From positions 3,810,001 to 3,842,000 of the forward strand of contig NZ_CP066018.1 in NCBI RefSeq assembly GCF_016127575.1: 32,000 bases of DNA, read 5' to 3'. Source of the stretch: Cupriavidus necator (GTDB lineage Bacteria; Pseudomonadota; Gammaproteobacteria; Burkholderiales; Burkholderiaceae). Made by a program: the position numbers and the translations under genes. The notes beneath the pieces were generated by a model that saw only the letters and a list, made by a program, of their open reading frames with translations, was not told the origin of the DNA and searched no databases. Numbering within the stretch: the stretch's first letter is position 1; each line of letters begins with the position of its first letter. Shown here one piece after another: positions 18,062 through 26,161 of this stretch.

Positions 18062-19819
18062 TTACTTCTTCTTCATCGATTCTTCAATCTTCTTGTCGAC
18101 CTGCTCGCGCACCTGGTCGATGCTGAAGCTGGCCGGGCGCTGGCTCGGCGGGTAGTTGACGAAGGTCTGGAGGAACGCCGCAGCCTTCATCGTCCCGATC
18201 TCGGTCAGGTACGCGTTCTTGCCCAGCCAGTCGTTGTACTGGTCAGAAACGATGTCTGCGCGTTCATACGGATCCATGCGCAGGTTGAAGATCTTCGGCA
18301 CCCGCAGGCACTTGAACGGATCCTGCCAGACCTGGAACCCGCCCGGTGTAGTCTGCTCGCAGAAGACGACCTTCCAGTCGTCATAGCGCATCGCCACGAG
18401 CACGCCGTCGTCGTTGAAGTAATAGAACTCCTTGCGCGCGCCCTTGTTGGTCTGCCCCGTCAGGTACGCCAACTGGTTGTAGCCGTCGAGGTGTACCTTG
18501 GCGTTCTTGCTGCCAAGCGACGTACCCTTTAGCAGCCGCTCCTTGATATCGCCGTCGCCAACGGCAGCCAGCAGCGTCGGGAACCAGTCAAGCCCGGAGA
18601 ACATCTCGTTGCTGACGGTGCCCGCCTTGATCTTGCCCGGCCAGCGGATCATCGCCGGTACGCGGAACGCGCCTTCCCAGTTGGTGTTTTTCTCGCTGCG
18701 GAACGGCGTGCTTGCCGCATCAGGCCAGGACCACTGGTTGGGGCCGTTGTCGGTGGTGTAGATGACGATGGTGTTGTCCGCGATCTTCAGGTCATCGAGC
18801 GTCTTGAGCAGCTTGCCGACGTCGCCGTCGTGCTCGATCATGCCGTCGGCGTAATCGTTGCCGGGCATGCCGCTCTGGCCCTGCATGGACGGACGCACAT
18901 GGGTGAACGCGTGCATGCGGGTTGTGTTCATCCAGACAAAGAACGGCTTGTCGGCCTGGACCTGCTTGGTAATGAACTTCTGCGCCGCGTCGGTGGTCTC
19001 GTCGTCGATGGTCTCCATGCGCTTGGTAGTCAGTGCACCGGTATCCTCGATCTTGCCGTCGGCCGTGGAGTGCAGCACGCCACGCGGCGAGAAGTTCTTC
19101 ACGAATGGATCGTTCTTGTCCTTCGGCCAGTACGGGCGCTGCGGTTCTTCTTCGGCATTCAGGTGATAGAGGTTGCCGTAGAATTCGTCGAAACCGTGCT
19201 TGGTCGGCAGGTACTCGTCGCGGTCGCCCAGGTGGTTCTTGCCGAACTGGCCGGTGGCGTAGCCGAGCGGCTTGAGGGCCTCGGCAATGGTCACATCGCG
19301 GGCTTGCAAGCCCACGGTCGCCCCCGGCGCGCCTACCTTCGACAGGCCGGTGCGCAGCGGCGACTGGCCCGTGATGAACGACGAGCGGCCCGCCGTGCAG
19401 CTGTTCTCGGCGTAGTAGTCGGTGAAGATCATCCCCTCACGGGCGATGCGGTCGATGTTCGGCGTGCGATGGCCCACCACGCCCATGCTGTAGGCGCTGA
19501 TGTTGGTCTGGCCGATGTCGTCGCCGAAGATCACCAGGATGTTGGGCTTCTTGCCCGACGTATTGACAGCCACTGGCGCGGAAGCGGCTTCAGGTGCAAC
19601 CGGCAGGTTGGACTGCGCCGGCGGCTGTGCCGGCGTCGCGGACGTGTCCGGCGCCGCCGCAGCCGGGGCCGGGGTCGCCGGCTGCTGCGCGGCAGGCGCC
19701 TGCTGTTTGGGCTCGTCTGCCTTCTTGCAGCCGGCGATCGCCGCGATGGCGATCGCCATTGCGGCCATGGCAAAGCGCGCGCCGCGCCTTGCCGGGGTGG
19801 ACTCTGTCATTCGTTGCAT
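18062..19819 (-). CDS. Cys-type arylsulfatase-family lipoprotein
   Basis: It has a lipobox IAGC after the signal sequence, then a ~70-aa Pro/Ala/Gln-rich linker. The sulfatase core follows: PNILVIFGDDIGQTN ... SCTAGRSSFITG, with formylglycine motif C-T-A-G-R. GGGAG lies 5 nt upstream of ATG 19819. Confidence 0.9.
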   Translation of the reverse strand: MQRMTESTPARRGARFAMAAMAIAIAAIAGCKKADEPKQQAPAAQQPATPAPAAAAPDTSATPAQPPAQSNLPVAPEAASAPVAVNTSGKKPNILVIFGDDIGQTNISAYSMGVVGHRTPNIDRIAREGMIFTDYYAENSCTAGRSSFITGQSPLRTGLSKVGAPGATVGLQARDVTIAEALKPLGYATGQFGKNHLGDRDEYLPTKHGFDEFYGNLYHLNAEEEPQRPYWPKDKNDPFVKNFSPRGVLHSTADGKIEDTGALTTKRMETIDDETTDAAQKFITKQVQADKPFFVWMNTTRMHAFTHVRPSMQGQSGMPGNDYADGMIEHDGDVGKLLKTLDDLKIADNTIVIYTTDNGPNQWSWPDAASTPFRSEKNTNWEGAFRVPAMIRWPGKIKAGTVSNEMFSGLDWFPTLLAAVGDGDIKERLLKGTSLGSKNAKVHLDGYNQLAYLTGQTNKGARKEFYYFNDDGVLVAMRYDDWKVVFCEQTTPGGFQVWQDPFKCLRVPKIFNLRMDPYERADIVSDQYNDWLGKNAYLTEIGTMKAAAFLQTFVNYPPSQRPASFSIDQVREQVDKKIEESMKKK

Positions 19820-19889
19820 TGCTGCTCCCGATAGTCAAACAGCTTCAACCTGCGTCCGGCACGCCTGGCATGCCGGCTCCCTCTTCTGC

Positions 19890-20966
19890 CTACTTCGCAC
19901 CAGCCGTGGGGTAAACCTGCTGCCAGTCCTGCTTCATGCTGACCACCGTCCAGCCCTTGGCGCGGGCAGCGTCCAGTGCCTTGTCGAGCTTGCCCACCTT
20001 TGACTGGCGGTCATAGGCGAACTCGCGCTCGGCATCGTCGTGATGCACCAGCACGCCCATGCGCGGACCGTCGCCGCCGGTGGTGTACTCCAGCATCTGC
20101 AGGTCGCCGTCGGAGTTGCCCACGGCGAGGATCGGCCGGCGGCCGATATGGCGGTAGATGCCGACCGGCTTGCCCGGCCCGTCATCCACGAATTCCAGCT
20201 TGGGGTCGCGCACCAGCACCGGCTTGCCGTCGCGCACCAGGTAGCGCACGGCCTGCGAGGAGCCGATCACCTGCTCGGGCGGAATGCCATAGACAGCCTG
20301 GCTCCAGGGGCGCATGAACTCGATGGTGCCGCCGGAGACGATGTAGGTCTTGAAGCCGTTGGCGCGCAGGTAGGACAGCAGTTCCAGCTGCGGTTGATAG
20401 ACCAGCTCGGTATAGGGCCGGTTGAACCTGGGATGCCGCGATTTCGCCAGCCAGTCGCGGATGGTGCGGTCATACTCGTCCGTGGTCATGCCGCTGTTGG
20501 CCGTGACGACCAGGCCGGCCAGCTGCTTCTCGTTGCGCATCAGGCCCTCCATGTCGTTGGCCATCAGCGCCTTGAAGGCGGGGTTGTTGCGCCACTCCGG
20601 GTGTTGCGGCGCGGCGGCGCGGATCTGGTCGAGCAGGAAGAAGAACTGGAAGTACAGCGGCTGCTCGCTCCACAGCGTGCCGTCGTTGTCGAACACTGCG
20701 ACGCGCTCCTCGGGCGGCACGAATGTCGGCGAGCCCTTGCGCGTCACGTCGGCAACAAACTTCAGCAGTGCCTGCCGTGCCGCACCGTCGCGCCACGACG
20801 CCAAAGCCTGCGCGGCCGGCTGCGCCGCCTGGGTGACGGCGGCCTGAGACTCGGGCGCCGTGGCGGGCGTCGAACAGCCCGCAAGCGCAAGGCCGGCCAG
20901 CACCAGCGCGGCAATGGCCCTGCGCGAGGGGCTGGCTAGGAATCCGCGGGTGGCAGCGATGTCCAT
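19890..20966 (-). CDS. HAD-superfamily hydrolase, predicted lipoprotein
   Basis: It has HAD motif I, VAVFDNDGTLW, and a late GNSDGD motif. The lipobox is LAGC. I chose ATG 20966 (AGGAG 8 nt upstream) over the track's GTG 20975. Confidence 0.75.
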   Translation of the reverse strand: MDIAATRGFLASPSRRAIAALVLAGLALAGCSTPATAPESQAAVTQAAQPAAQALASWRDGAARQALLKFVADVTRKGSPTFVPPEERVAVFDNDGTLWSEQPLYFQFFFLLDQIRAAAPQHPEWRNNPAFKALMANDMEGLMRNEKQLAGLVVTANSGMTTDEYDRTIRDWLAKSRHPRFNRPYTELVYQPQLELLSYLRANGFKTYIVSGGTIEFMRPWSQAVYGIPPEQVIGSSQAVRYLVRDGKPVLVRDPKLEFVDDGPGKPVGIYRHIGRRPILAVGNSDGDLQMLEYTTGGDGPRMGVLVHHDDAEREFAYDRQSKVGKLDKALDAARAKGWTVVSMKQDWQQVYPTAGAK

Positions 20967-21030
20967 ATGGTTCACTCCTGTCGCGTGCTGTCGTGCTCGT
21001 CGTTGTGCTTTGGTTCGCGCGGGCGCAGCG

Positions 21031-22275
21031 CTATCGAGCCGCCTGCCCGGACTGGCCGGCCAAGGCCACCGGCGCCTGCCGTTGCCGTTCCGCCCAGCGG
21101 CCCTCGTCCATCACCAGCCGGAAACCGAGGTGCGACATGCTGTTGTACGGGTCGGTCCCGCGCCGCGCGCTGGGGCGGTAACTGAGGCAGAAATCCTCGT
21201 TGCAGAGGAAGGAGCCGCCGCGCGTGACGCGCTTGGGCGCATTCACCGGGACGCCGGGCTCGGCCGGATCCCACGAGGCCATCGGGCCGACCGGGTTTTC
21301 GATCGGCTGGGCCTTGCCGGCCTCGCGCCGGAACTGGTCGGCCCGATACCAGTCGGACACCCACTGCCAGGCATTGCCGGTCATGTCGGCCAGGCCATAG
21401 CCGTTGGGCGGGAAAGTGCCAACCGGGCTGGTGCCGAGCGCCCCGCCCGCCTTGGGGCTGACCACCGGGAACGGCTGGTTCTGCTGGCCCTGCCAGACAT
21501 TGGCCATCTGCTTGCCGTCGGGGGCGAACTGCTCGCCCCAGGCATAGGTGGCCTGCTCCAGCCCGCCGCGCGCGGCAAACTCCCATTCCGCCTCGGTGGG
21601 CAGGCGCTTGCCGGCCCACTTGGCGTAGGCCTGCGCGTCTTCATACGAGACCTGGACCACCGGGTGGTTGTCCTTGCCTTCGATCGAGCTGCCAGGACCG
21701 GTCGGATGGCGCCAGTCGGCACCGGGCACATAACGCCACCAGCGCGAGTAGTCCTGCAGCGGCACCGGCCGCGGCGTGCCCACGAAGACCATGCCGCCGG
21801 CCACCATGGCGCTGTCGGGCGGGCGCGGCGTGCCGGGCGGCAGCTGGACCCGCAGGGTTTCCCAGTCAGGTGCCCGTTCCGCGGTCGAGACGTAGCCCGT
21901 GGCTTCGACGAACTTGCGGAATTCCGCGTTGGTGACGTGGTGCTGGTCCATCCAGAAGGCGTGCACGCGCACCTTGTGGGCCGGCTTTTCGTTGGGCTGC
22001 GCCATCTTGCTGTCGCTGCCCATCAGGAACTCACCGCCGGGCACGCGCACCATGCCAGCGGGTCCGCGCTTGCCATCGCCGATGACGATGGCGGGCGCCG
22101 TTGGCGTCCGCCCCTTCATGTACCAGTAGCTGGCGCCGAGGCCTGCTGCGACCCCGAGACCCAGCAGCACCAGGATCAGTGCCCTCTGCCCGCTGCGCCG
22201 TCCCGCGGCAAGCGCAACCGAGCCGGAACGCCCCGCGCCCGCGCCGGGATTGCTGCCTTTACGTCGTCCGCTCAT
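21031..22275 (-). CDS. Formylglycine-generating enzyme (FGE/SUMF1 family) with an N-terminal membrane anchor
   Basis: Conserved FGE blocks are present: HKVRVHAFWMDQHHVTNAEF, WEFAARGG, GNAWQWVSDWY and RVTRGGSFLCNEDFCLSYRPSARRG. The N-terminus is basic and is followed by the single TM ALILVLLGLGVAAGLGASYW. GAGGCGGAG lies just upstream of ATG 22275. Confidence 0.9.
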   Translation of the reverse strand: MSGRRKGSNPGAGAGRSGSVALAAGRRSGQRALILVLLGLGVAAGLGASYWYMKGRTPTAPAIVIGDGKRGPAGMVRVPGGEFLMGSDSKMAQPNEKPAHKVRVHAFWMDQHHVTNAEFRKFVEATGYVSTAERAPDWETLRVQLPPGTPRPPDSAMVAGGMVFVGTPRPVPLQDYSRWWRYVPGADWRHPTGPGSSIEGKDNHPVVQVSYEDAQAYAKWAGKRLPTEAEWEFAARGGLEQATYAWGEQFAPDGKQMANVWQGQQNQPFPVVSPKAGGALGTSPVGTFPPNGYGLADMTGNAWQWVSDWYRADQFRREAGKAQPIENPVGPMASWDPAEPGVPVNAPKRVTRGGSFLCNEDFCLSYRPSARRGTDPYNSMSHLGFRLVMDEGRWAERQRQAPVALAGQSGQAAR

Positions 22276-22287
22276 TCACTCCGCCTC

Positions 22288-22299
22288 TTTGTATACAAA
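22288..22299. promoter_or_regulatory. Perfect 12-bp palindrome TTTGTATACAAA immediately upstream of the FGE ribosome-binding site
   Basis: I read it directly from the sequence at 22288-22299. It is AT-rich in a GC-rich genome and lies 13 nt upstream of the FGE start. No known operator family is assigned. Confidence 0.25.
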
Positions 22300-22422
22300 A
22301 ATCATGCTGATTCAGCGCAAACCATGATCTCAGATGGCTACGGTTATCAGAAGTCAGCTTTTTCTCGTTCGGGGGCCAAGTGAATTAAGTTTTTCTTGCG
22401 CGCACTGCCACTGGCGCCCTGC

Positions 22423-22818
22423 TCATCGCTCGCTATCTGCCCTTGGCACCATCTTCGTCAGGGCCGCCGGATCTTCCTCACCCTCATTGAGGATGCCGTA
22501 GTCCGCCGGAAACAGCGCTGCCAGCGGTGGCGGATACTGAAAGGCGTGCAGCGGCTCCAGGTTTTCGCCAGCGTCGATCACGAACACCTCGATCAAGCGG
22601 CTGCGGCCGCCGTTCTCCTGGCCTGCCACATAGTAGTGAACGCGGTTTTGCCAGACGAAGTGCCCGCCGAAGTAAGGCTTGGAGACATCCGGCAGCCCGG
22701 CCAGATGCGTTTCGCACAGCAGCACCGCTTCGCGCAGGTAGTTCCGGCTGGACGTCTCATCGGAGGCGGACAGCCTGGCCATCATGCCCCGCCTGTCCTT
22801 GATCTTCTTGATTGCCAT
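22423..22818 (-). CDS. Hypothetical 131-aa protein
   Basis: The composition looks natural (MAIKKIKDRRGMMARLSASDETSSRNYLREAVLLCETHL...HYYVAGQENGGRSRLIEVFVIDAGENLEPL...). There is no signal peptide and no obvious SD. It sits alone between the OMP cluster and the sulfatase cluster. The competing plus-strand ORF 22396..23301 is mostly antisense to the OMP gene. Confidence 0.45.
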   Translation of the reverse strand: MAIKKIKDRRGMMARLSASDETSSRNYLREAVLLCETHLAGLPDVSKPYFGGHFVWQNRVHYYVAGQENGGRSRLIEVFVIDAGENLEPLHAFQYPPPLAALFPADYGILNEGEEDPAALTKMVPRADSER

Positions 22819-22887
22819 AGCGTAGCGAGCAGGTTGGGCGCGTGGGCGCCCGGACAGCCTACCGGCACATCGGGCGGACCTCGCAAC

Positions 22888-24057
22888 TCAGTGCCATGCG
22901 CTCCCCACCTGGATATAGAAGGCGTTCTGGCCCTTGCTGTGGGCCACATCGAGACCGATCGACACCCCCAGCTTGCGCGCAATCATGTAGCGAAAGCCCG
23001 CGCCTACGCTGTAGATGGTCGATGCATCGGAAAAATCATGCCAGCGCCCATATGCCTTGCCCAAGCCGGTGAAGCCCAGCAGCGACCAGCGCGGCGTCAC
23101 GTCCCAGCGCAGCTCCATTTCTGCCGCCAGCGCATTGCGGTCCTGGCAGCGCCCCTTCTGTACCCCGCGCAGGTCCACGAACGGCTGCGCGTAGAACGGC
23201 ACGTCGCCGGTGGAAAAGCGCGTATCGGCGCGCAGCCCCAGGATCACGGTGCGCGCCAGCGGCAGCCAGGTGAAGCCGCGCGCGTTATACATATTGAATG
23301 ACTGCGTGCTGCCGAAGCCGCCGCGCGCGAACTGCGCCTCCAGCTCGGCATAGCTGCCGCGGCTGGGATAGAAGATGTTGTCGCGCGAGTCGTAGTCGAC
23401 CACCAACCCGGCCTTGCCGATGCGCTGGGTCTTGTCGAAGCTGCCGACTTCACCCGCATCGCCAACCTTGAAGGTCGCGGTCGAATCGAAATACACGTAG
23501 CGCGGCCCCACGTACCAACGCGTATCGGCAACCCGCACGAGCAGTTGCTGCACCAATGCCACGCCTCTGAGTTCGTAGGCACGGGGCTGGTTCAGCAAGC
23601 CGAAGTAGTCCAGGTTTGCATTGACCTTGGCGATGCCCCCAAGATAACGGTAGCGGTCGCCGTCCCACGTGTGGAAGTGCGCCACGCCTGCGCCCCAGGT
23701 GCCGTTTTCCGTATACGCACCGCCGATGGCTGTAATGTTCGGCGGTGCGGGCCCCTTTCCACTGGCCTTGGCGCTGGCCGCCGCATCCGCCATGGATTCC
23801 GAGAAGAACATCAGCCCCAGCCCGCCGCCGTAGCCAACGGCTGGTTCCGTGATAACGACCGGCACCGGCAGCGCGCCCTTGTGATTGAGCAGGAAGTCGC
23901 TCATGTCCAGCTTGCCGTCCTCAGGATCGAAGAACGACAGCGGTTTCTTTTCAGCCGGCGCTTCAGCCTGGCCGAAGGCGGCGTCGCACCAGAGCAAGGC
24001 CAGTGCGCTTAGCAGCGATGCAATGCGCTGGCTTGCCTGGGAGCGGGTCATCAGCAA
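22888..24057 (-). CDS. Short BamA/TamA-like (bacterial surface antigen/D15-type) outer-membrane beta-barrel without POTRA domains
   Basis: It has a signal peptide (...ALALLWCDAAFG/QAEA) and alternating beta-strand patterns. Its C-terminal blocks, DNIFYPSRGSYAELE...GVQKGRCQDRNALAAEMELRWDV...VGAGFRYM...IGLDVAHS, are typical of the Bac_surface_Ag barrel. The track start is TTG 24057, and ATG 24051 is an alternative. Confidence 0.65.
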   Translation of the reverse strand: MLMTRSQASQRIASLLSALALLWCDAAFGQAEAPAEKKPLSFFDPEDGKLDMSDFLLNHKGALPVPVVITEPAVGYGGGLGLMFFSESMADAAASAKASGKGPAPPNITAIGGAYTENGTWGAGVAHFHTWDGDRYRYLGGIAKVNANLDYFGLLNQPRAYELRGVALVQQLLVRVADTRWYVGPRYVYFDSTATFKVGDAGEVGSFDKTQRIGKAGLVVDYDSRDNIFYPSRGSYAELEAQFARGGFGSTQSFNMYNARGFTWLPLARTVILGLRADTRFSTGDVPFYAQPFVDLRGVQKGRCQDRNALAAEMELRWDVTPRWSLLGFTGLGKAYGRWHDFSDASTIYSVGAGFRYMIARKLGVSIGLDVAHSKGQNAFYIQVGSAWH

Positions 24058-24081
24058 GTTATGAAAGGTCCCTGCTTATGG

Positions 24082-24878
24082 CTACAGCGGGAACTGGATA
24101 TTCAAGCCCATGAACACCCGGAATTTGGGCACCCCGACTCCCTCGTGCCCCACCGTCCATTGCGGCTCGGCAAACAGGTTGTAGATTTCCTTGCCGATTT
24201 TCCAGATCTTGCCCGCGCCGATACCGAGGGGGATGTAGTAATTCCCACGCTTGAGGTCGAAATTCCAGGTTGCGGTGCTGCGCAGGTACCTGCCTTGCGG
24301 CAGGTTATAGATCACGAACGGCTGCGCGGTCAGGTTGTCCTGGGTGGGCCGGTCGCTTTCCCCGGCAAATGAATGCTGCCAGGTCACGAGCCCGCCGATC
24401 ATGCCCCATTTCTGCGGGGAAATACCCACGCCGGCCAGGCCGGCCTGCCATTTCCCGGTGCCGGTCTGGTCGCGCGATGCCGTGGGAATGGTGAGTTGGG
24501 GGCCAATGCCCCATTCCATGCCCAGGCCCTTGAGCAACACCAGGTTGAACAGGTTCAGGTCGCCCAGTCCGGTCTTGCTGCCATCCGGCGCGACATTCGG
24601 CGTGGTGACGACGGGCATCGTGAACCGACGATCTGCGGCAACCCGAACAGCTTGTGCGGAATGGTGCCGCGCAGCAGGACGCTGTTTCCGTCCTCGTCGC
24701 CGAGTCCGTAATAGCGTCCCACGTACTGGTCCTGCAGATTCAGGGTAATGGTCGGGCTCAGCGGATTATTTGACGCATTCATGTCATCCGTCGAGGGCCC
24801 TGCCGCACAGGCAAGCGCCGGCAATGTTGCTGCCACGCTGCCCGCAGCAAGCCTTAATCCCTGCATGACTGAATTCAT
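24082..24878 (-). pseudogene. MetA-pathway/SphA-type outer-membrane barrel ('transporter' family), split by a 1-nt frameshift
   Basis: ORF 24555..24878 supplies the signal peptide and ...NLQDQYVGRYYGLGDEDGNSVLLRGTIPHKLFGLPQIV. ORF 24082..24618 supplies MPVVTTPNVAPDGSKTGLGDLNLF...FMGLNIQFPL. Together they form one ~265-aa barrel if a base is added near 24620-24635. It is paralogous in architecture to the gene at 25181..26137. Confidence 0.6.
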
Positions 24879-25180
24879 TTGGAATCGTTGCCCTGAATGA
24901 AATTGGTAACGCCCGCCGATTGAATATCGGCGCTTCCATCATCGCAGACCGCCTCAAGGCCTGTGAAGTAAATATTTGCGATGCCGTGATGAAGATTTTC
25001 GTCGGCTTGCGCGCTGGCAGTGACAGGGGTCTTTGCTGGTAGCATGCAATGTCACAAAAATATGAGGGTGGGGCATTGCCTTACTGTGTAATTTCACTAT
25101 AGCTGGCGCGGGCAGGCATGCGCCAGAGGCCGGCATTCCGGCAAGCGCCTGGCCGGCCTTGCATTCCTTGTTCCTTGAAT

Positions 25181-26137
25181 ATGTCAACGACCATCGCAAA
25201 CCGGCTGGCCATTGCTGCTTCCTTCCTCTTTGCCTGTGCAGGTGCGAACGCGACTGAAGGCGCCCTGGGGCGACCCGTGACCGGCACCAGCGTGCTCCCC
25301 AATGTAGGGATCGTGTCGCCGGAACCCGCGCTCATCGTGAATGTCGGCGAGATCTACCTGGATGGCTCGATCGGCGGCAGCCGAAACGTGCCCATCGCAG
25401 GCAAGACGGCGCTGGGCGTGGACGGCAAGGTCGCGTTCACCCTGGCAACGGTGATGAAGGTATGGGACACCGATACCGGCCCCTGGAACTTTGCCTCCAG
25501 CTTCACGCTGCCCTATGTCTGGACCAAGGTCACGGCCAACATCAGCGCCGGCGGCCGGGGCGCCAGCACCCAGGACACTGCATCGAACCTGTTCGACATC
25601 ACCTTCGCGCCGATCATCGCGGGCTACCATTTCTCAAAGACCGAGCATGTGGCTCTGAGCCTGAATGTGTGGGCGCCGACCGGCAAGTACGATCCCAACG
25701 CACTGGCCAACCCCAGCCTGAACAACTGGACGTTTATTCCGCAAGTGGCCTACACCAAGCTGTTCCCCGAACACGGGCTCGAGTTCGATGCCGTCGCCGG
25801 GGTCCAGTTCTACACCCGCAACAACGCCACCGACTACCAGAACGCACCGCTGTTCACGCTCGACACCATGCTGCTCAAGCGCTTTGCCAACGGCGCGGGC
25901 CTCGGGTTGATCGCGGGCACGACGCAGCAGCTCGGCGACGACAGCGGCCCGCTGGCCGACCGCCTGAACGGCTTCCGCGGCCATGACTGGGCGGTGGGCC
26001 CGATCGTCACCTACGACACCAAGATCGGCGCGAAGAGCCTGCTGTCGCTGGGCTTGCGCTGGGTGCCGACCGTTGCCGGCAAGAACCGCCTGAAGAGCAC
26101 GAACACGTTCATGGGGACAGCGACTGTCGTGTTCTGA
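25181..26137 (+). CDS. MetA-pathway/SphA-type outer-membrane beta-barrel protein (318 aa)
   Basis: Starting at ATG 25181 gives the signal peptide MSTTIANRLAIAASFLFACAGANA/TEG. The protein has an alternating amphipathic strand pattern and a C-terminal aromatic residue (...GTATVVF). It is divergent from the frameshifted paralog. Confidence 0.7.
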   Translation: MSTTIANRLAIAASFLFACAGANATEGALGRPVTGTSVLPNVGIVSPEPALIVNVGEIYLDGSIGGSRNVPIAGKTALGVDGKVAFTLATVMKVWDTDTGPWNFASSFTLPYVWTKVTANISAGGRGASTQDTASNLFDITFAPIIAGYHFSKTEHVALSLNVWAPTGKYDPNALANPSLNNWTFIPQVAYTKLFPEHGLEFDAVAGVQFYTRNNATDYQNAPLFTLDTMLLKRFANGAGLGLIAGTTQQLGDDSGPLADRLNGFRGHDWAVGPIVTYDTKIGAKSLLSLGLRWVPTVAGKNRLKSTNTFMGTATVVF

Positions 26138-26161
26138 TGGCCGCGCGCGCGGTGAGCCCGC

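Noticed and set aside
19856-19876. The inverted repeat CCGGCA-N9-TGCCGG containing TGGCAT, between the HAD and sulfatase genes.
   Set aside because: The stem is 6 bp with a 9-nt loop, which is weak. The TGGCAT is on the non-coding strand relative to both genes and lacks a TTGC partner.
20860-22383. A 507-aa plus-strand ORF, and similarly 28960..30750 (596 aa).
   Set aside because: They are antisense to the FGE/HAD genes and to the FAD oxidoreductase respectively. They have no motifs and a biased composition.
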